64,000 bases of DNA from Gaiellales bacterium (GCA_038214705.1 JBBQRN010000003.1:99853-163852); one strand, 5' to 3'. Shown: positions 8,537 to 18,625, counted from the first letter of the stretch. Notes: generated from the letters alone by a model not told the origin. Numbers and translations are program-made.

Positions 8537-11500
8537 GTGCACCTCCAGTCGATCAAGATCCGCGGCTTCAAGTCTTTCGTTGACCCCATCGAGCTGAAGC
8601 TCGAGCCGGGGGTCGCCGTCGTCGTGGGCCCGAACGGCTCCGGCAAGTCGAATGTCGCCGACGCGATCGTCTGGGCCGCAGGCTCGCTGACACCCTCGGA
8701 GCTGCGGGCCGAGAAGCCCGACGACGTCCTCTTCGGCGGCTCCTCGACCCGCCCCGCCGCTGACCACTGCGAGGTCGAGCTGATCTTCGACAACGCTGAC
8801 GGAGGCTTCGGGGACGAGGTCGACTTCAGCGAGATCGCGATCACGCGACGTCTCGTGCGCGGCGGTGAGGGGCAGTACCTCGTCAATAAGGCGGCAGTCC
8901 GCCGTACCGACCTCGTCGAGTTGCTCGCCGACGTCGGCCTCGGCGGCTCGATGCACTCGATCGTGTCGCAGGGCAAGGTCGACGCCGTGCTCGCCTCCAG
9001 GCCTGAGGATCGCCGCCATCTCGTCGAGGAGGCAGCCGGGCTCGGCAAGTTCAAGCGCCGCAAGCACCGGGCCGAGCTCAAGCTCGCCAGGGTCGCGACC
9101 CAGGTCGAGCGAGCCCGTGACGTCGAGGAGGAGGTCAAGAAGCGCTTGCGCCCCCTCGCGCTGCAGGCAACCGCCGCCGAGCGCGCCGAGAAGCTCGCCG
9201 TCGAGATCGCCGCACTGCGTGCCCGGATCGCCCAGCTCGACCTCTCCGCCGTCGCCGAGCGGCGCGCCGCTGCCGAGTCGCGCCGCGATGCCGTCGCGAT
9301 CGCCCGCCGTAGCGCCCAGGAGAAGCTCACCGCCCTGCTCGCCGAGCGTCAGCGGGCCGAAGACGAGCTCTCCGATGCCGCCGGTGGCCGCGAGGCCGCC
9401 CTCGCAGCCCTCTACCGCCTCCAGGGAGCAGCCGAGCGCCTCCTGCTGCGACGCGACGCCGCCGCCGAGCTGGAGGCACGGCTGCGGAGCGACCTCGCCG
9501 ACGCCGAGCGCGCCGCCGCCGACCGTACCGACGAGACCGTCCGCCGCCTCGAGGGGGCTGCGCAGGCTGCCGCGACTGCCGCGCGGGATGCGGCGGAGAC
9601 CCACGGCCAGGCCGCCGAGCGCGCTCGCCTCGCACACGCGCGGGTCGCCTCGTTCGAGCGCCGGATCTCCGGCGAGGCCGAGACGCGCCTCGCGGGCCTG
9701 CGTTCCGAGCGCGGCTCCGTCGAGACGGCGCTCGCCGCCGCCACCGGCGGACAGGACGGCGCCAACCGGCGCGTCGTCGCGCTCGGCTCCGTACGCGAGC
9801 GCCTCGGCCTGCGGCACGAGTCCGCAGCACAGCTGCGCGAGACCCTCGCCCGCGAGCTCGACGAGGCGCGAGCGATCGCACGGCGAGGTGGCCCGACGCC
9901 GGCCGAGCTCGAGACCCGCGCAAACGAGGCTGCCGCGGCGGCCCGTGCCGCGGCAACGGAGCGAGACGACGTGACCGAGCGGGCGCGGTCGGCCCGGGAG
10001 CGGCTGCAGGCGCTCGAACAGGCGATCGCCGACCGCGACGGCATTCCCCCGGCCGCCAGCGCCCTCGCTGCCGCGGGGGAGACGCTCGCGTTGTCGGCGC
10101 TCGAGGTCGAGCCCGGTGCCGAGAAGGCCGTCACCGCCGCACTCGCCTGGCGTGCCTCGGCCGTACTGGCGAAGGATGCGCGGCGTGGGCTGGAGCTGCT
10201 CGAGCAAGCCCGCCGGGACGGCCTCGGAAGCCTCACCGTCGTCGTCGACCGCGAGCCGGCGCCGTCCACGACCCCGCCCGTCGGAGGCGTCCGCCCACTC
10301 GCCGATCTCGTCGCTGGCGACCCGCACGCGCGTCGCCTGCTCGACGGCTTCTGGCTCGTCGAGCCGGGGGCGCTGCTCGACATGAGCCACGGTATCGCGA
10401 TCACCCTGGAAGGCCACGGCTACGACGCCGAGCGGGGAGAGCTCTGGCTCTCGGGCGACACGGCCGAGGCGGTCTTGCTCGAGATGGACGCGCGGCGCCG
10501 TGCCCTGCGCGATGAGGCCGACGAGCTCGACGGCCATGCCTCCACAGCCGCGCATGCCGCCACGGAGTCGGCCGCGGCTGCGGCTGCAGCCGAGGAGGCC
10601 TTCGCCGTGGTCGCCCATCTCCGAGATCGCTCGGTCGACCCGGCTCGGCTGGCGCCGCTCGTCGAGCTTGCCGCGGCGCTGGAGTGCGCTCTCGAGCGGG
10701 CAGGTGCCGTCGCGACCCACCTCGAGGAGCCGCTCGCTGCCCGCCTCTCGCTCGGAGCCGAGCAGGCAGGCGAGCTCGGAGCCGAGCTGCGGCGCCTCTC
10801 GTTGCTCGAGTCCGAGGTCGCGCGTGAGGCCGCGCAGGCGGTCGCGCGGGCCCAGTCGGCCGAGGTCGTTGTCGCGCGACTCGGCGGCACCGTCGACGAC
10901 ACGCCCCCGGAGGAGAGCGCTGGGCGGGACGACCTGCTTGCCGAGGCAGCCTCGCTCCTCGCGGCTGCCGATGTCGCTGCAGCGGCTGCACGCACGGCGG
11001 CCGATGTCGCACGTGAGGCCGACGCCGCCCTGCTCGAGCGGGCGCCGCGACGGTCGGCGCTCGACCCCGACATGCTCTCGCGCCTCTGCGAGGCCGTCCT
11101 CGAGCTCGGCGCGGGCCTCGAACGGGCAGGCGCGGTTGCCACGAGGCTGGAGGTGCCGGTGCGCGCCCGCGTTGACGCGGGCGCCGAGCGCTCTACGCGG
11201 CTCGGCGAGGAACTACGGCGGCTCGGGGCGCTCGAGGTCGAGTTGCGTCAGGGCTCCGAGGAGGCGACCGAGCGCGCCACCCAGGTGCAGGTCGAGCTCG
11301 CGCGCCTGGAGGCCGAGGCCGAGGAGGCCCAGCGTCGTCTCGACGACGCCGGTGCCGACGAGCCGGCCGAGGGCGAGGATCGCTTCGAGCTGGCGAACCG
11401 CATGGAGCGGCTCGACAGCCGCCGGGAGGCGCTCGGCAGGGTCAACCCGCTCGCCAAGGAGGAGTACGAGGCCGAGAAGGAGCGGCTCGAGGAGCTCTCG

Positions 11501-12076
11501 GCCCAACGGATCGATCTCGAGCAGTCACTGGCGGAGATCGCAAAGCTCCGCGACGAGCTCGCCGAGACGGTGCAGCGGAGGTTCAACGACACGTTCGAGG
11601 CGGTGGCGCGCAACTTCGAGGAGGTGTCGGCCACGCTATTCCCCGGCGGCGAGGGGCGCCTGCGACTCGTCGAGCCGGACGACGAGGCGTCGGGCGGCAT
11701 CGACCTCGAGCCCGGCGTCGAGGTCGAGCTACGGCCGGCGGGCAAGAAGATCACGCGGTTGACGTTGCTCTCGGGCGGCGAGAAGGCGCTCGGTGCGATC
11801 TCGTTCCTCTTTGCTCTCTTCCTCGCCAAGCCATGCCCGTTCTACCTTCTCGACGAGGTCGAGGCTGCGCTCGACGACGCAAACGTCTCGCGCTTCGTCG
11901 AGCTGCTGCGGCGGTACTCCGATCGCGCCCAGTTCATCGTGATCACGCACCAGAAGCGCACGATGGAGGCGGCCGACATCCTCTACGGAGTCACGATGGG
12001 CGGCGACGGGATCTCTCAGGTCGTCTCGCGACGCCTGCCCCAGCGCGAGCACGACCACGCAGTCGCCTCCGCCTGA
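8537..12076 (+). CDS. smc: Chromosome segregation protein SMC
   Basis: GFKSF, GPNGSGKSN Walker A, LSGGEK signature, LLDEVEAALD Walker B/D-loop; rnc-smc-ftsY synteny. Confidence 0.93.
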   Translation: MHLQSIKIRGFKSFVDPIELKLEPGVAVVVGPNGSGKSNVADAIVWAAGSLTPSELRAEKPDDVLFGGSSTRPAADHCEVELIFDNADGGFGDEVDFSEIAITRRLVRGGEGQYLVNKAAVRRTDLVELLADVGLGGSMHSIVSQGKVDAVLASRPEDRRHLVEEAAGLGKFKRRKHRAELKLARVATQVERARDVEEEVKKRLRPLALQATAAERAEKLAVEIAALRARIAQLDLSAVAERRAAAESRRDAVAIARRSAQEKLTALLAERQRAEDELSDAAGGREAALAALYRLQGAAERLLLRRDAAAELEARLRSDLADAERAAADRTDETVRRLEGAAQAAATAARDAAETHGQAAERARLAHARVASFERRISGEAETRLAGLRSERGSVETALAAATGGQDGANRRVVALGSVRERLGLRHESAAQLRETLARELDEARAIARRGGPTPAELETRANEAAAAARAAATERDDVTERARSARERLQALEQAIADRDGIPPAASALAAAGETLALSALEVEPGAEKAVTAALAWRASAVLAKDARRGLELLEQARRDGLGSLTVVVDREPAPSTTPPVGGVRPLADLVAGDPHARRLLDGFWLVEPGALLDMSHGIAITLEGHGYDAERGELWLSGDTAEAVLLEMDARRRALRDEADELDGHASTAAHAATESAAAAAAAEEAFAVVAHLRDRSVDPARLAPLVELAAALECALERAGAVATHLEEPLAARLSLGAEQAGELGAELRRLSLLESEVAREAAQAVARAQSAEVVVARLGGTVDDTPPEESAGRDDLLAEAASLLAAADVAAAAARTAADVAREADAALLERAPRRSALDPDMLSRLCEAVLELGAGLERAGAVATRLEVPVRARVDAGAERSTRLGEELRRLGALEVELRQGSEEATERATQVQVELARLEAEAEEAQRRLDDAGADEPAEGEDRFELANRMERLDSRREALGRVNPLAKEEYEAEKERLEELSAQRIDLEQSLAEIAKLRDELAETVQRRFNDTFEAVARNFEEVSATLFPGGEGRLRLVEPDDEASGGIDLEPGVEVELRPAGKKITRLTLLSGGEKALGAISFLFALFLAKPCPFYLLDEVEAALDDANVSRFVELLRRYSDRAQFIVITHQKRTMEAADILYGVTMGGDGISQVVSRRLPQREHDHAVASA

Positions 12077-12103
12077 CGCCGCACCGCCGGTAGCGTTCCG
12101 CCC

Positions 12104-13051
12104 GTGTCGAGGACCTGGTCAGAGCTGTTCGGCGACGAGCCGACCGCGGCCGACGAGCCCGAGCGGACGGGCTTCTTCGGCCGTCTCAAAGACTCGCTCG
12201 CCAAGAGTCGCCGGGCGCTGAGCGCCGAAATCGCCGCGGGGGCGTTCGACGCGTCCGACGAGGAGGCGTTGGAGCGCCTGGAGGAGGCGCTGATCCACGG
12301 CGACGTGGGCGTGCGCGCCACGGCGGAGATCGTGCGCCGGATCGAGACGCGCGGCGAGATCGCGGATCTGGGTGAGGCGCTTGCGGAGGAGATCGAGGAG
12401 CTCTTCGGCGCTGTCACCACGATCGACCTGCGGGCGAAGCCGACCGTGATCCTCGTCGTCGGCGTCAACGGCACCGGCAAGACGACGACCGTGGGCAAGC
12501 TCGCGCAGAAGCTGCGGGAGCACGGCCGCAGCGTTCTCGTCGGCGCGGGCGACACATTCCGGGCGGCGGCCGAGGAGCAGCTCGAGATCTGGGCGGAGCG
12601 CGCCGGAGCCGACTTCGTGGGCGCGCCCGCCGGTGGCGACCCGGCCGCGGTCGCCTATGACGCTGTCGAGGCGGGGAGGGCACGCGGTCGGGACGTCATC
12701 ATCGTCGACACCGCAGGGCGCCTCCACACGCAGTCGAACCTGATGGAGGAGCTCGCCAAGATCCGGCGCGTGATCGAGGGGCGTATTGACGGCGCCCCGC
12801 ACGAGACGCTGCTCGTGGTCGACGCGACCACGGGGCAGAACGGGCTCCAGCAGGCCCGGCTCTTCGGCGAGGCGGCCGGCGTGACGGGTGTCGCGCTGAC
12901 CAAGCTCGACGGCTCGGCCCGGGGCGGCGTCGCGGTTGCGATCGCCTACGAGCTCGGGCTGCCGGTCAAGCTCGTCGGCGTGGGGGAGGGACTCGACGAC
13001 CTGCGGCCGTTCGACCCACGCGAGTTCGCCCGCGCCCTCGTCGCCGACTGA
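12104..13051 (+). CDS. ftsY: SRP receptor FtsY
   Basis: GVNGTGKTTT, DTFRAAA, DTAGR, TKLDGSARGG. Confidence 0.96.
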   Translation: MSRTWSELFGDEPTAADEPERTGFFGRLKDSLAKSRRALSAEIAAGAFDASDEEALERLEEALIHGDVGVRATAEIVRRIETRGEIADLGEALAEEIEELFGAVTTIDLRAKPTVILVVGVNGTGKTTTVGKLAQKLREHGRSVLVGAGDTFRAAAEEQLEIWAERAGADFVGAPAGGDPAAVAYDAVEAGRARGRDVIIVDTAGRLHTQSNLMEELAKIRRVIEGRIDGAPHETLLVVDATTGQNGLQQARLFGEAAGVTGVALTKLDGSARGGVAVAIAYELGLPVKLVGVGEGLDDLRPFDPREFARALVAD

Positions 13052-13132
13052 GCGTTTCCGCTCCTTCCGACCGTTGTGCTGTCCGCCTCGGGGGCTACCC
13101 TGGAGTGAGGAGTGATCGAACGGAGGCACGTG

Positions 13133-13183
13133 ATGGCTGTAGTCCTGTCCATGCGCGTTCCCGAGCTGACGGCGGAGCGCTAG
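13133..13183 (+). pseudogene. 16-codon sORF or truncated small-gene relic (MAVVLSMRVPELTAER)
   Basis: GGAGG RBS at 13122-13126; resembles N-termini of small actinobacterial proteins; TAG could derive from TAC-GAC by a 1-nt deletion. Confidence 0.35.
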
Positions 13184-13224
13184 ACGCTCCGCGCCCCGCA
13201 GACCCGTCCGTACACTTCACGGCC

Positions 13225-14556
13225 GTGTTCGACGCCCTCTCAGACCGCCTCCAGGCGACGCTCGGCGACCTCGGCCGCGCCCGCCGGCTCGACGAGGACG
13301 CTGTCAACAAGGCGATGCGCGAGATCCGCCTGGCGCTGCTCGAGGCCGATGTCAACTTCCAGGTCGTCAAGGACTTTGTCGCCGGCGTGAAGGCCGAGGC
13401 GCTCGGCGAGGACATCCTCAAGGGGCTCGACGCCGGGCAGCAGGTCGTGAAGCTCGTCCACGACCGCCTCACCGAGCTGATGGGGTCTGCCGACTCGCAC
13501 CTCGCGTTCGGCCGCCCACCCACCGTGATCCTGATGACGGGCCTCCAGGGCTCCGGCAAGACCACGACCTCCGCCAAGCTGGCTCTCCACCTGCGCCGGC
13601 AGGGCAAGCAGCCGGGGCTCGTCGCGGCCGACCTGCAGCGACCGGCGGCGATCGACCAGCTGGAGCAACTCGGCAAGCAGATCTCGATTCCGGTCTACCG
13701 CACCGACACGCAGGATCCCGTGCAGGCCGCCGTCGCCGGCCTCGAGCGGGCGAAGGCCGACGGCCTCGACGTCGTGATCGTCGACACGGCCGGCCGTCTC
13801 AACGTCGACGAGGCGCTGATGGACGAACTGGCGCGGGTGCGCGACGCCGTCAAGCCGCTCAATGTCCTCCTCGTGCTGGACTCGATGACCGGCCAGGAGG
13901 CGGTGAACGTCGCCCAGGCCTTCCAGGAGCGGATCGCGTTCGACGGTGTGGTGCTGACGAAGCTCGACGGCGACGCGCGCGGCGGCGCGGCGCTCTCCGT
14001 GCGCGCGATCACCGGCAAGCCGATCAAGTTCGCGTCGATCGGCGAGAAACTCGACCAGCTCGAGGTCTTCCACCCCGACCGGATGGCGTCGCGAATCCTC
14101 GGCATGGGCGACGTGCTGACGCTGATCGAGAAGGCCGAGGCCGCAGTTGCCGAGGACGATCAGGCCGACATGGAGCGGCGGATGCGCGCCGGGGAGTTCA
14201 CCTTCGACGACTTCCTCCAGAGCTACCGCATGCTGCGCCGGATGGGGCCCGTCAAGGGCGTCCTCAAGCTGCTGCCGGGGATGGGCCAGCAGCTAGACGG
14301 GCTCGACATCGACGAGAAGCAGATGGCGCGGGTCGAGGCGATCGTGCTCTCGATGACCCCGCACGAGCGCCGCGTACCGCACCTGATCAACGGTCCGCGC
14401 CGGCGCCGCATTGCGGTGGGCAGCGGTACCTCGATCGACGAGGTGAACAAGCTCCTCGCGGCCCGAAAGCAGATGCAAAAGATGATGAAGCAGTTCGGCA
14501 AGGGGAAGATGCCGACCTTGCCTCCCGAGCTGACCGGCGGCAAGCCGCGCCGATGA
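13225..14556 (+). CDS. ffh: Signal recognition particle protein Ffh
   Basis: MFDALSDRL start (GTG 13225), GLQGSGKTT, DTAGR, TKLDGDARGG, RILGMGD, M domain. Confidence 0.97.
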   Translation: MFDALSDRLQATLGDLGRARRLDEDAVNKAMREIRLALLEADVNFQVVKDFVAGVKAEALGEDILKGLDAGQQVVKLVHDRLTELMGSADSHLAFGRPPTVILMTGLQGSGKTTTSAKLALHLRRQGKQPGLVAADLQRPAAIDQLEQLGKQISIPVYRTDTQDPVQAAVAGLERAKADGLDVVIVDTAGRLNVDEALMDELARVRDAVKPLNVLLVLDSMTGQEAVNVAQAFQERIAFDGVVLTKLDGDARGGAALSVRAITGKPIKFASIGEKLDQLEVFHPDRMASRILGMGDVLTLIEKAEAAVAEDDQADMERRMRAGEFTFDDFLQSYRMLRRMGPVKGVLKLLPGMGQQLDGLDIDEKQMARVEAIVLSMTPHERRVPHLINGPRRRRIAVGSGTSIDEVNKLLAARKQMQKMMKQFGKGKMPTLPPELTGGKPRR

Positions 14557-14571
14557 TCGGCACAATCCCGG

Positions 14572-14653
14572 TGTCAGGTCTTGCATTCCGACACGAGATG
14601 TCGCGATGCAACGCCTGGAGCCCATCGAACGTGTCGGAATGCAAGACCTGACA
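14572..14653. repeat. 24-bp perfect inverted repeat (REP-like pair)
   Basis: TGTCAGGTCTTGCATTCCGACACG (14572-14595) and its reverse complement (14630-14653); an 18-nt copy recurs at 54544-54561. Confidence 0.85.
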
Positions 14654-14667
14654 TCCAAAGGAGAAGA

Positions 14668-14913
14668 ATGGCTGTTCGCATGAGATTGACGCGGATCGGT
14701 TCCAAGAAGAACCCGATCTATCGCGTCGTCGTGGCCGACTCGCGCTCGCCGCGGGACGGTCGCTTCATCGAGATCGTGGGGCGCTACAACCCTCAGACCG
14801 ACCCGTCCACGATCGAGCTCGACGAGACCAAGGTCAAGGATTGGCTCGCGAAGGGCGCCCAGCCGAGCGACCCTGTCGCGAAGCTGATCAAGGCTGCCGG
14901 CATCAGCGCCTAG
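14668..14913 (+). CDS. rpsP: 30S ribosomal protein S16
   Basis: [35 protein letters not shown]; AAGGAG RBS. Confidence 0.97.
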   Translation: MAVRMRLTRIGSKKNPIYRVVVADSRSPRDGRFIEIVGRYNPQTDPSTIELDETKVKDWLAKGAQPSDPVAKLIKAAGISA

Positions 14914-14919
14914 GCAACG

Positions 14920-15150
14920 GTGGCAGAGCTTCTCGCCTGGATCGCACGGCACCTGGTCGACGAGCCCGACGCCGTCAGCGTCGAGACGGTCGAGCGGGAC
15001 GACGCGACCGTGCTGCGCCTGCACGTCGCCCCGGACGATGTCGGCAAGGTGATCGGCCGACAGGGCAGGATCGCCCGCGCCCTCCGCACGCTCGTGCGTG
15101 CCAGCGGCGCGCGCGACGACCGGCGTGTCGTGCTGGAGATCGCCGACTGA
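14920..15150 (+). CDS. khpA: KH-domain RNA-binding protein KhpA/YlqC
   Basis: DVGKVIGRQGRIARALR; between rpsP and rimM. Confidence 0.92.
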   Translation: MAELLAWIARHLVDEPDAVSVETVERDDATVLRLHVAPDDVGKVIGRQGRIARALRTLVRASGARDDRRVVLEIAD

Positions 15151-15152
15151 TC

Positions 15153-15617
15153 GTGGACGACGCGTTCGTGACGGTCGGCCGGGTCGGCCGCCCGCACGGC
15201 CTCGACGGCGCCTTCGTCGTCGAGCAGGGGAGCGAGGATTTGGGCAGGTTCTCGGTTGGCGCGATTCTCCACGTCGACGGTGTCCCCGCCGCGGTGACGC
15301 TCTCGCGGCAGGTCGGGCGCGGCAGGCGCGCGATCCGCCTCGACCGGCAGATCGAGCGGGGCGCGACGCTCACCGTCCTGCGGTCGGAGCTGCCGTCCCT
15401 GCCCGAGGGCGAGTACTACACCTTCCAGCTCGTCGGCCTGCGCGTCGCGGAGGTCGGAGGACGTGAGCTCGGGCGTGTGCGCGACGTGCTCTCGGCGCCC
15501 GCGAACGACAACCTGGAGCTGGAAAACGGCGCGCTCGTGCCGATGATCGAGGACGCTGTCAGGTCGATCGATCTCGAAGCCGGTGTCGTCGTTCTCAACC
15601 CGGGCTTCATCGACTGA
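15153..15617 (+). CDS. rimM: Ribosome maturation factor RimM
   Basis: VGRVGRPHGLDG, GEYYTFQLVGL, PRC-barrel end. Confidence 0.92.
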   Translation: MDDAFVTVGRVGRPHGLDGAFVVEQGSEDLGRFSVGAILHVDGVPAAVTLSRQVGRGRRAIRLDRQIERGATLTVLRSELPSLPEGEYYTFQLVGLRVAEVGGRELGRVRDVLSAPANDNLELENGALVPMIEDAVRSIDLEAGVVVLNPGFID

Positions 15618-15633
15618 CCTATACCCTGCCTCG

Positions 15634-16290
15634 GTGCGTCTCGACGTCTTTACCCAGGTCCCTCACGCCTTCGGCTGGCTGACCGAGCAGAAGCCGCTTG
15701 CGACGGTGCTCGGCACCGAGCTCGAGCTTCTCCTGTTCAACTATCGCGATACCACGCCGCTGCGGGCGGGGCAGGTCGACGACTCGCCATACGGCGGCGG
15801 CGCCGGGATGGTCCTGCGCGTCGACGTCGTCGCCGCGGCGCTCGACGCGGCCTACCCGGACGGACGGCCGGGTCGCGTGATCGCGCTGACGCCGCAGGGA
15901 CGCCAGCTCGACCAGGGTCTCGTCGAGGAGCTGTCAGCCGAGCCGCATCTCGCGATCCTCTCGTCCCGCTTCGAGGGCTTCGACGCCCGCATCGTCGACC
16001 ATCTCTGCACGGACGCGGTCTCGATCGGGCCCTACGTCCTGTCCGGGGGGGAGCTGCCGGCGATGGTTCTGCTCGACGCGATCGCACGCCGCCTTCCCGG
16101 CGCCCTGGCCGAAGGCTCCGGCGAGAACGAGAGCTTCAGCGCCGCCCTCGACGGCGGCCTCGAGTACCCGCACTACACGCGGCCGGCGGAGTTCCGGGGC
16201 TGGGATGTCCCGGAGGTGCTCCTCTCCGGAAACCACGCCGTGATCGACGCGTGGCGCGACGAGCAGAGCCGTCAGCGGAGCGTGGTGTGA
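15634..16290 (+). CDS. trmD: tRNA (guanine-N1)-methyltransferase TrmD
   Basis: VDDSPYGGGAGMV, SIGPYVLSGGE, EYPHYTRP, VPEVLLSGNH. Confidence 0.96.
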   Translation: MRLDVFTQVPHAFGWLTEQKPLATVLGTELELLLFNYRDTTPLRAGQVDDSPYGGGAGMVLRVDVVAAALDAAYPDGRPGRVIALTPQGRQLDQGLVEELSAEPHLAILSSRFEGFDARIVDHLCTDAVSIGPYVLSGGELPAMVLLDAIARRLPGALAEGSGENESFSAALDGGLEYPHYTRPAEFRGWDVPEVLLSGNHAVIDAWRDEQSRQRSVV

Positions 16291-17090
16291 GCGACGTCGA
16301 AGACCGGCCCGAGGACGTCCAGCGCGAGGTCCCTGGGTTGCCGCCCCTGCCGCCGGAGAGCGAGCCTTTCGACGGCGGCTGGCCCTACCAGCCCTCGGCG
16401 TCGTTTCCGCCTGCGTCGCCCGCCGATGCGGGGCCCCTCGCCGAGCCGGAGCCGAAGCCGAGGCGCAGGCACTCACGCAACCCCGTCGACCGGCTGACCC
16501 GGGGGCTTCCCGACCCCTTGCGGGTCGCGATCGACTGGATCGTCACGATCGTCGGCGCCGTTGCGATCGTGCTGGTCGTCAAGGCCTATGTCGTCAACCC
16601 CTACCGGATCCCGTCGTCCTCGATGGAGCCGACGCTGCACTGCGCCGCCGGCCAGCCCGGCTGTGAGGCCCGGATCTCGGACCGGGTGCTGGCGAACCGG
16701 TTCATCTACCACCTCCGCGACCCGAGGAGGGGCGAGATCATCGTCTTCAAGACGCCACCCTCGGCCCTGATCAAGTGCGGCGCAGGCGGGACGTTCGTGA
16801 AGCGACTGATTGGCCTCCCGGGCGAGAAGGTCGAGGTTCGCGTCTCGAAGGGCGAGGGGTTCGTCTTCATCAACGGCAGGATGCTGAAGGAGCCCTACAT
16901 CACGAAACAGCGCCGCGCGACGTCGCAGGGCTTCGGGCCGTACAGGGTGAAGGCCGGCAACTACTTCATGATGGGCGACAACCGGGCCCAATCGTGCGAC
17001 TCGCGCATGTGGGGCACCGTGCCACGCGCGAACCTGATCGGCAAGGTCTTCGCCACCTACTGGCCGCCCAACCGCATTTCGCTGCATTGA
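16287..17090 (+). CDS. lepB: Signal peptidase I
   Basis: [33 protein letters not shown]; Pro-rich N-terminal extension. Confidence 0.95.
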   Translation: MSDVEDRPEDVQREVPGLPPLPPESEPFDGGWPYQPSASFPPASPADAGPLAEPEPKPRRRHSRNPVDRLTRGLPDPLRVAIDWIVTIVGAVAIVLVVKAYVVNPYRIPSSSMEPTLHCAAGQPGCEARISDRVLANRFIYHLRDPRRGEIIVFKTPPSALIKCGAGGTFVKRLIGLPGEKVEVRVSKGEGFVFINGRMLKEPYITKQRRATSQGFGPYRVKAGNYFMMGDNRAQSCDSRMWGTVPRANLIGKVFATYWPPNRISLH

Positions 17091-17100
17091 TGGCGTGCCG

Positions 17101-17129
17101 GCGGGCGAGGCATCCGCCTCGGCCCCTAC
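17101..17129 (-). repeat. GTAG-type REP palindrome
   Basis: Minus strand GTAGGGGCCGAGGCGGATGCCTCGCCCGC. Confidence 0.7.
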
Positions 17130-17199
17130 GGCGAAAAACACGCTTGCGGCGTGTTTCGCTACACTCCGTCGCCGGTCACCCGGTGACCGATCCTTTCTC

Positions 17200-17547
17200 A
17201 TGAGCACGATCATCCAGAGCATCGAGCGGGCGCAGTTGCGCGAGGTCCCGGTCTTCAAGGCCGGCGACACCGTGCGTGTCCACTTCAAGGTGATCGAGGG
17301 CGCCCGCCAGCGCGTCCAGGTGTTCGAGGGCGTCGTGATCAAGCGCCAGGGATCCGGCGCTCGCGAGACGTTCACCGTGCGCAAGCAGTCCTTCGGCGTC
17401 GGCGTCGAGCGCACGTTCCCGCTTCACTCGCCGAAGATCGAGAAGCTCGAGGTCGCCATGATCGGCGACGTCAACCGCGCGAAGCTCTATTACATCCGCG
17501 GCCGCGTCGGCAAGAAGGCGCGCATCCGCGAGCTTCGCCAGTCGTAG
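17200..17547 (+). CDS. rplS: 50S ribosomal protein L19
   Basis: [37 protein letters not shown]. Confidence 0.97.
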   Translation: MSTIIQSIERAQLREVPVFKAGDTVRVHFKVIEGARQRVQVFEGVVIKRQGSGARETFTVRKQSFGVGVERTFPLHSPKIEKLEVAMIGDVNRAKLYYIRGRVGKKARIRELRQS

Positions 17548-17642
17548 CGGCACTGCCGCTTCGGCCACGCCGACCCGTACCGTCGCAGAATCGGCACGAA
17601 GTCGTCACCGGGGCGTTCCGGGTTGCGCGATATCCTCGACGG

Positions 17643-18296
17643 ATGGGCGCACAGACGGGCCAGAAGCTCCTGCGGTACGACCGGCGGCTCGGCGTGCGTT
17701 TCGTTGCGGGCGCCGACGAAGCGGGGCGCGGCTCGCTCGCGGGGCCGCTCGTCGTCGCGGGCGTTCTCTTCGACTACGCCTCGCTGCAGGGCCGGCGCGT
17801 CCGCTCGCTGGCGCTGCTGAACGACTCGAAGCAGGTCGGTCCGGCCGTTCGCGACGAGCTCCTGCTGGCGGTGCTCGTCGCCGCCGCCCAGGTCTCGGTG
17901 CGGGTGATCCCGGCCTGTGACGTCGATCGCAACGGCCTTCACCGCTCCAATCTCTGGGGTCTGCGGTCGGTCCTCGACGATCTCGCGCCGCGTGCCGAGG
18001 CATGCCTCGTCGACGGCTTCCGGCTCGGCCCGCTCGCGCCCGAGCATCGCGCCGTCGTCGACGGCGACACGAAGAGCGCTGCGATCGCGGCTGCGTCGAT
18101 CGTCGCGAAGGTGACGCGCGACCGGATCATGCGCCGGCTCGCCGCGCTCTATCCCGCCTACGGGTTCTCCCGTCATGTCGGCTACATCACGCCCGTCCAC
18201 TCCGCCGCCGTGCGCGAGCACGGGCCGTGCGACCAGCACCGGCTCTCGTATGCGGCCAAGTGCTACGCGAGTGAGCCGGAGCCTGCAGCGGCGTGA
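17643..18296 (+). CDS. rnhB: Ribonuclease HII
   Basis: GADEAGRGSLAGP, LNDSK, VDGD, SIAAASIVAKVTRD-like motif. Confidence 0.93.
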   Translation: MGAQTGQKLLRYDRRLGVRFVAGADEAGRGSLAGPLVVAGVLFDYASLQGRRVRSLALLNDSKQVGPAVRDELLLAVLVAAAQVSVRVIPACDVDRNGLHRSNLWGLRSVLDDLAPRAEACLVDGFRLGPLAPEHRAVVDGDTKSAAIAAASIVAKVTRDRIMRRLAALYPAYGFSRHVGYITPVHSAAVREHGPCDQHRLSYAAKCYASEPEPAAA

Positions 18297-18625
18297 ACCG
18301 CGGCGAGCGCCGTGCCCTCTGGCACTACCGGTTGCGCGGCTACCGGATTCTCGGCACGAACGTCGTTGCCGGCCGTAACGAGCTCGACCTGATCGTGCGG
18401 CGTGGGTGTGAGCTCACGTTTGTCGAGGTCAAGGAGCGCCGGGGCGCCGGTTTCGGCGGAGCCCTCGGTGCGGTGAACCACGAGAAGCAGCGCCGCGTTC
18501 GAACTGCAGCGCGCGTCTGGCTCTCGCGGAATCCGCAGCGTCCTGGCATCCGGATCGGCTTCGAGGTGGTCGCCGTCGAAGGTCGGCGCCTGGAGCGCCG
18601 CGCCGCGACCCTTGACGGTGCTTAA
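18293..18625 (+). CDS. yraN: YraN family (UPF0102) protein
   Basis: ELDLIV..FVEVKER..KQRRVR; follows rnhB. Confidence 0.9.
   Translation: MNRGERRALWHYRLRGYRILGTNVVAGRNELDLIVRRGCELTFVEVKERRGAGFGGALGAVNHEKQRRVRTAARVWLSRNPQRPGIRIGFEVVAVEGRRLERRAATLDGA

Noticed and set aside
8411-10720. 769-aa antisense ORF over smc, and similar long antisense ORFs (22470-24299, 38681-41071, 50699-52672)
   Set aside because: Shadow frames expected from GC-rich codon bias; no motifs; overlap well-supported genes
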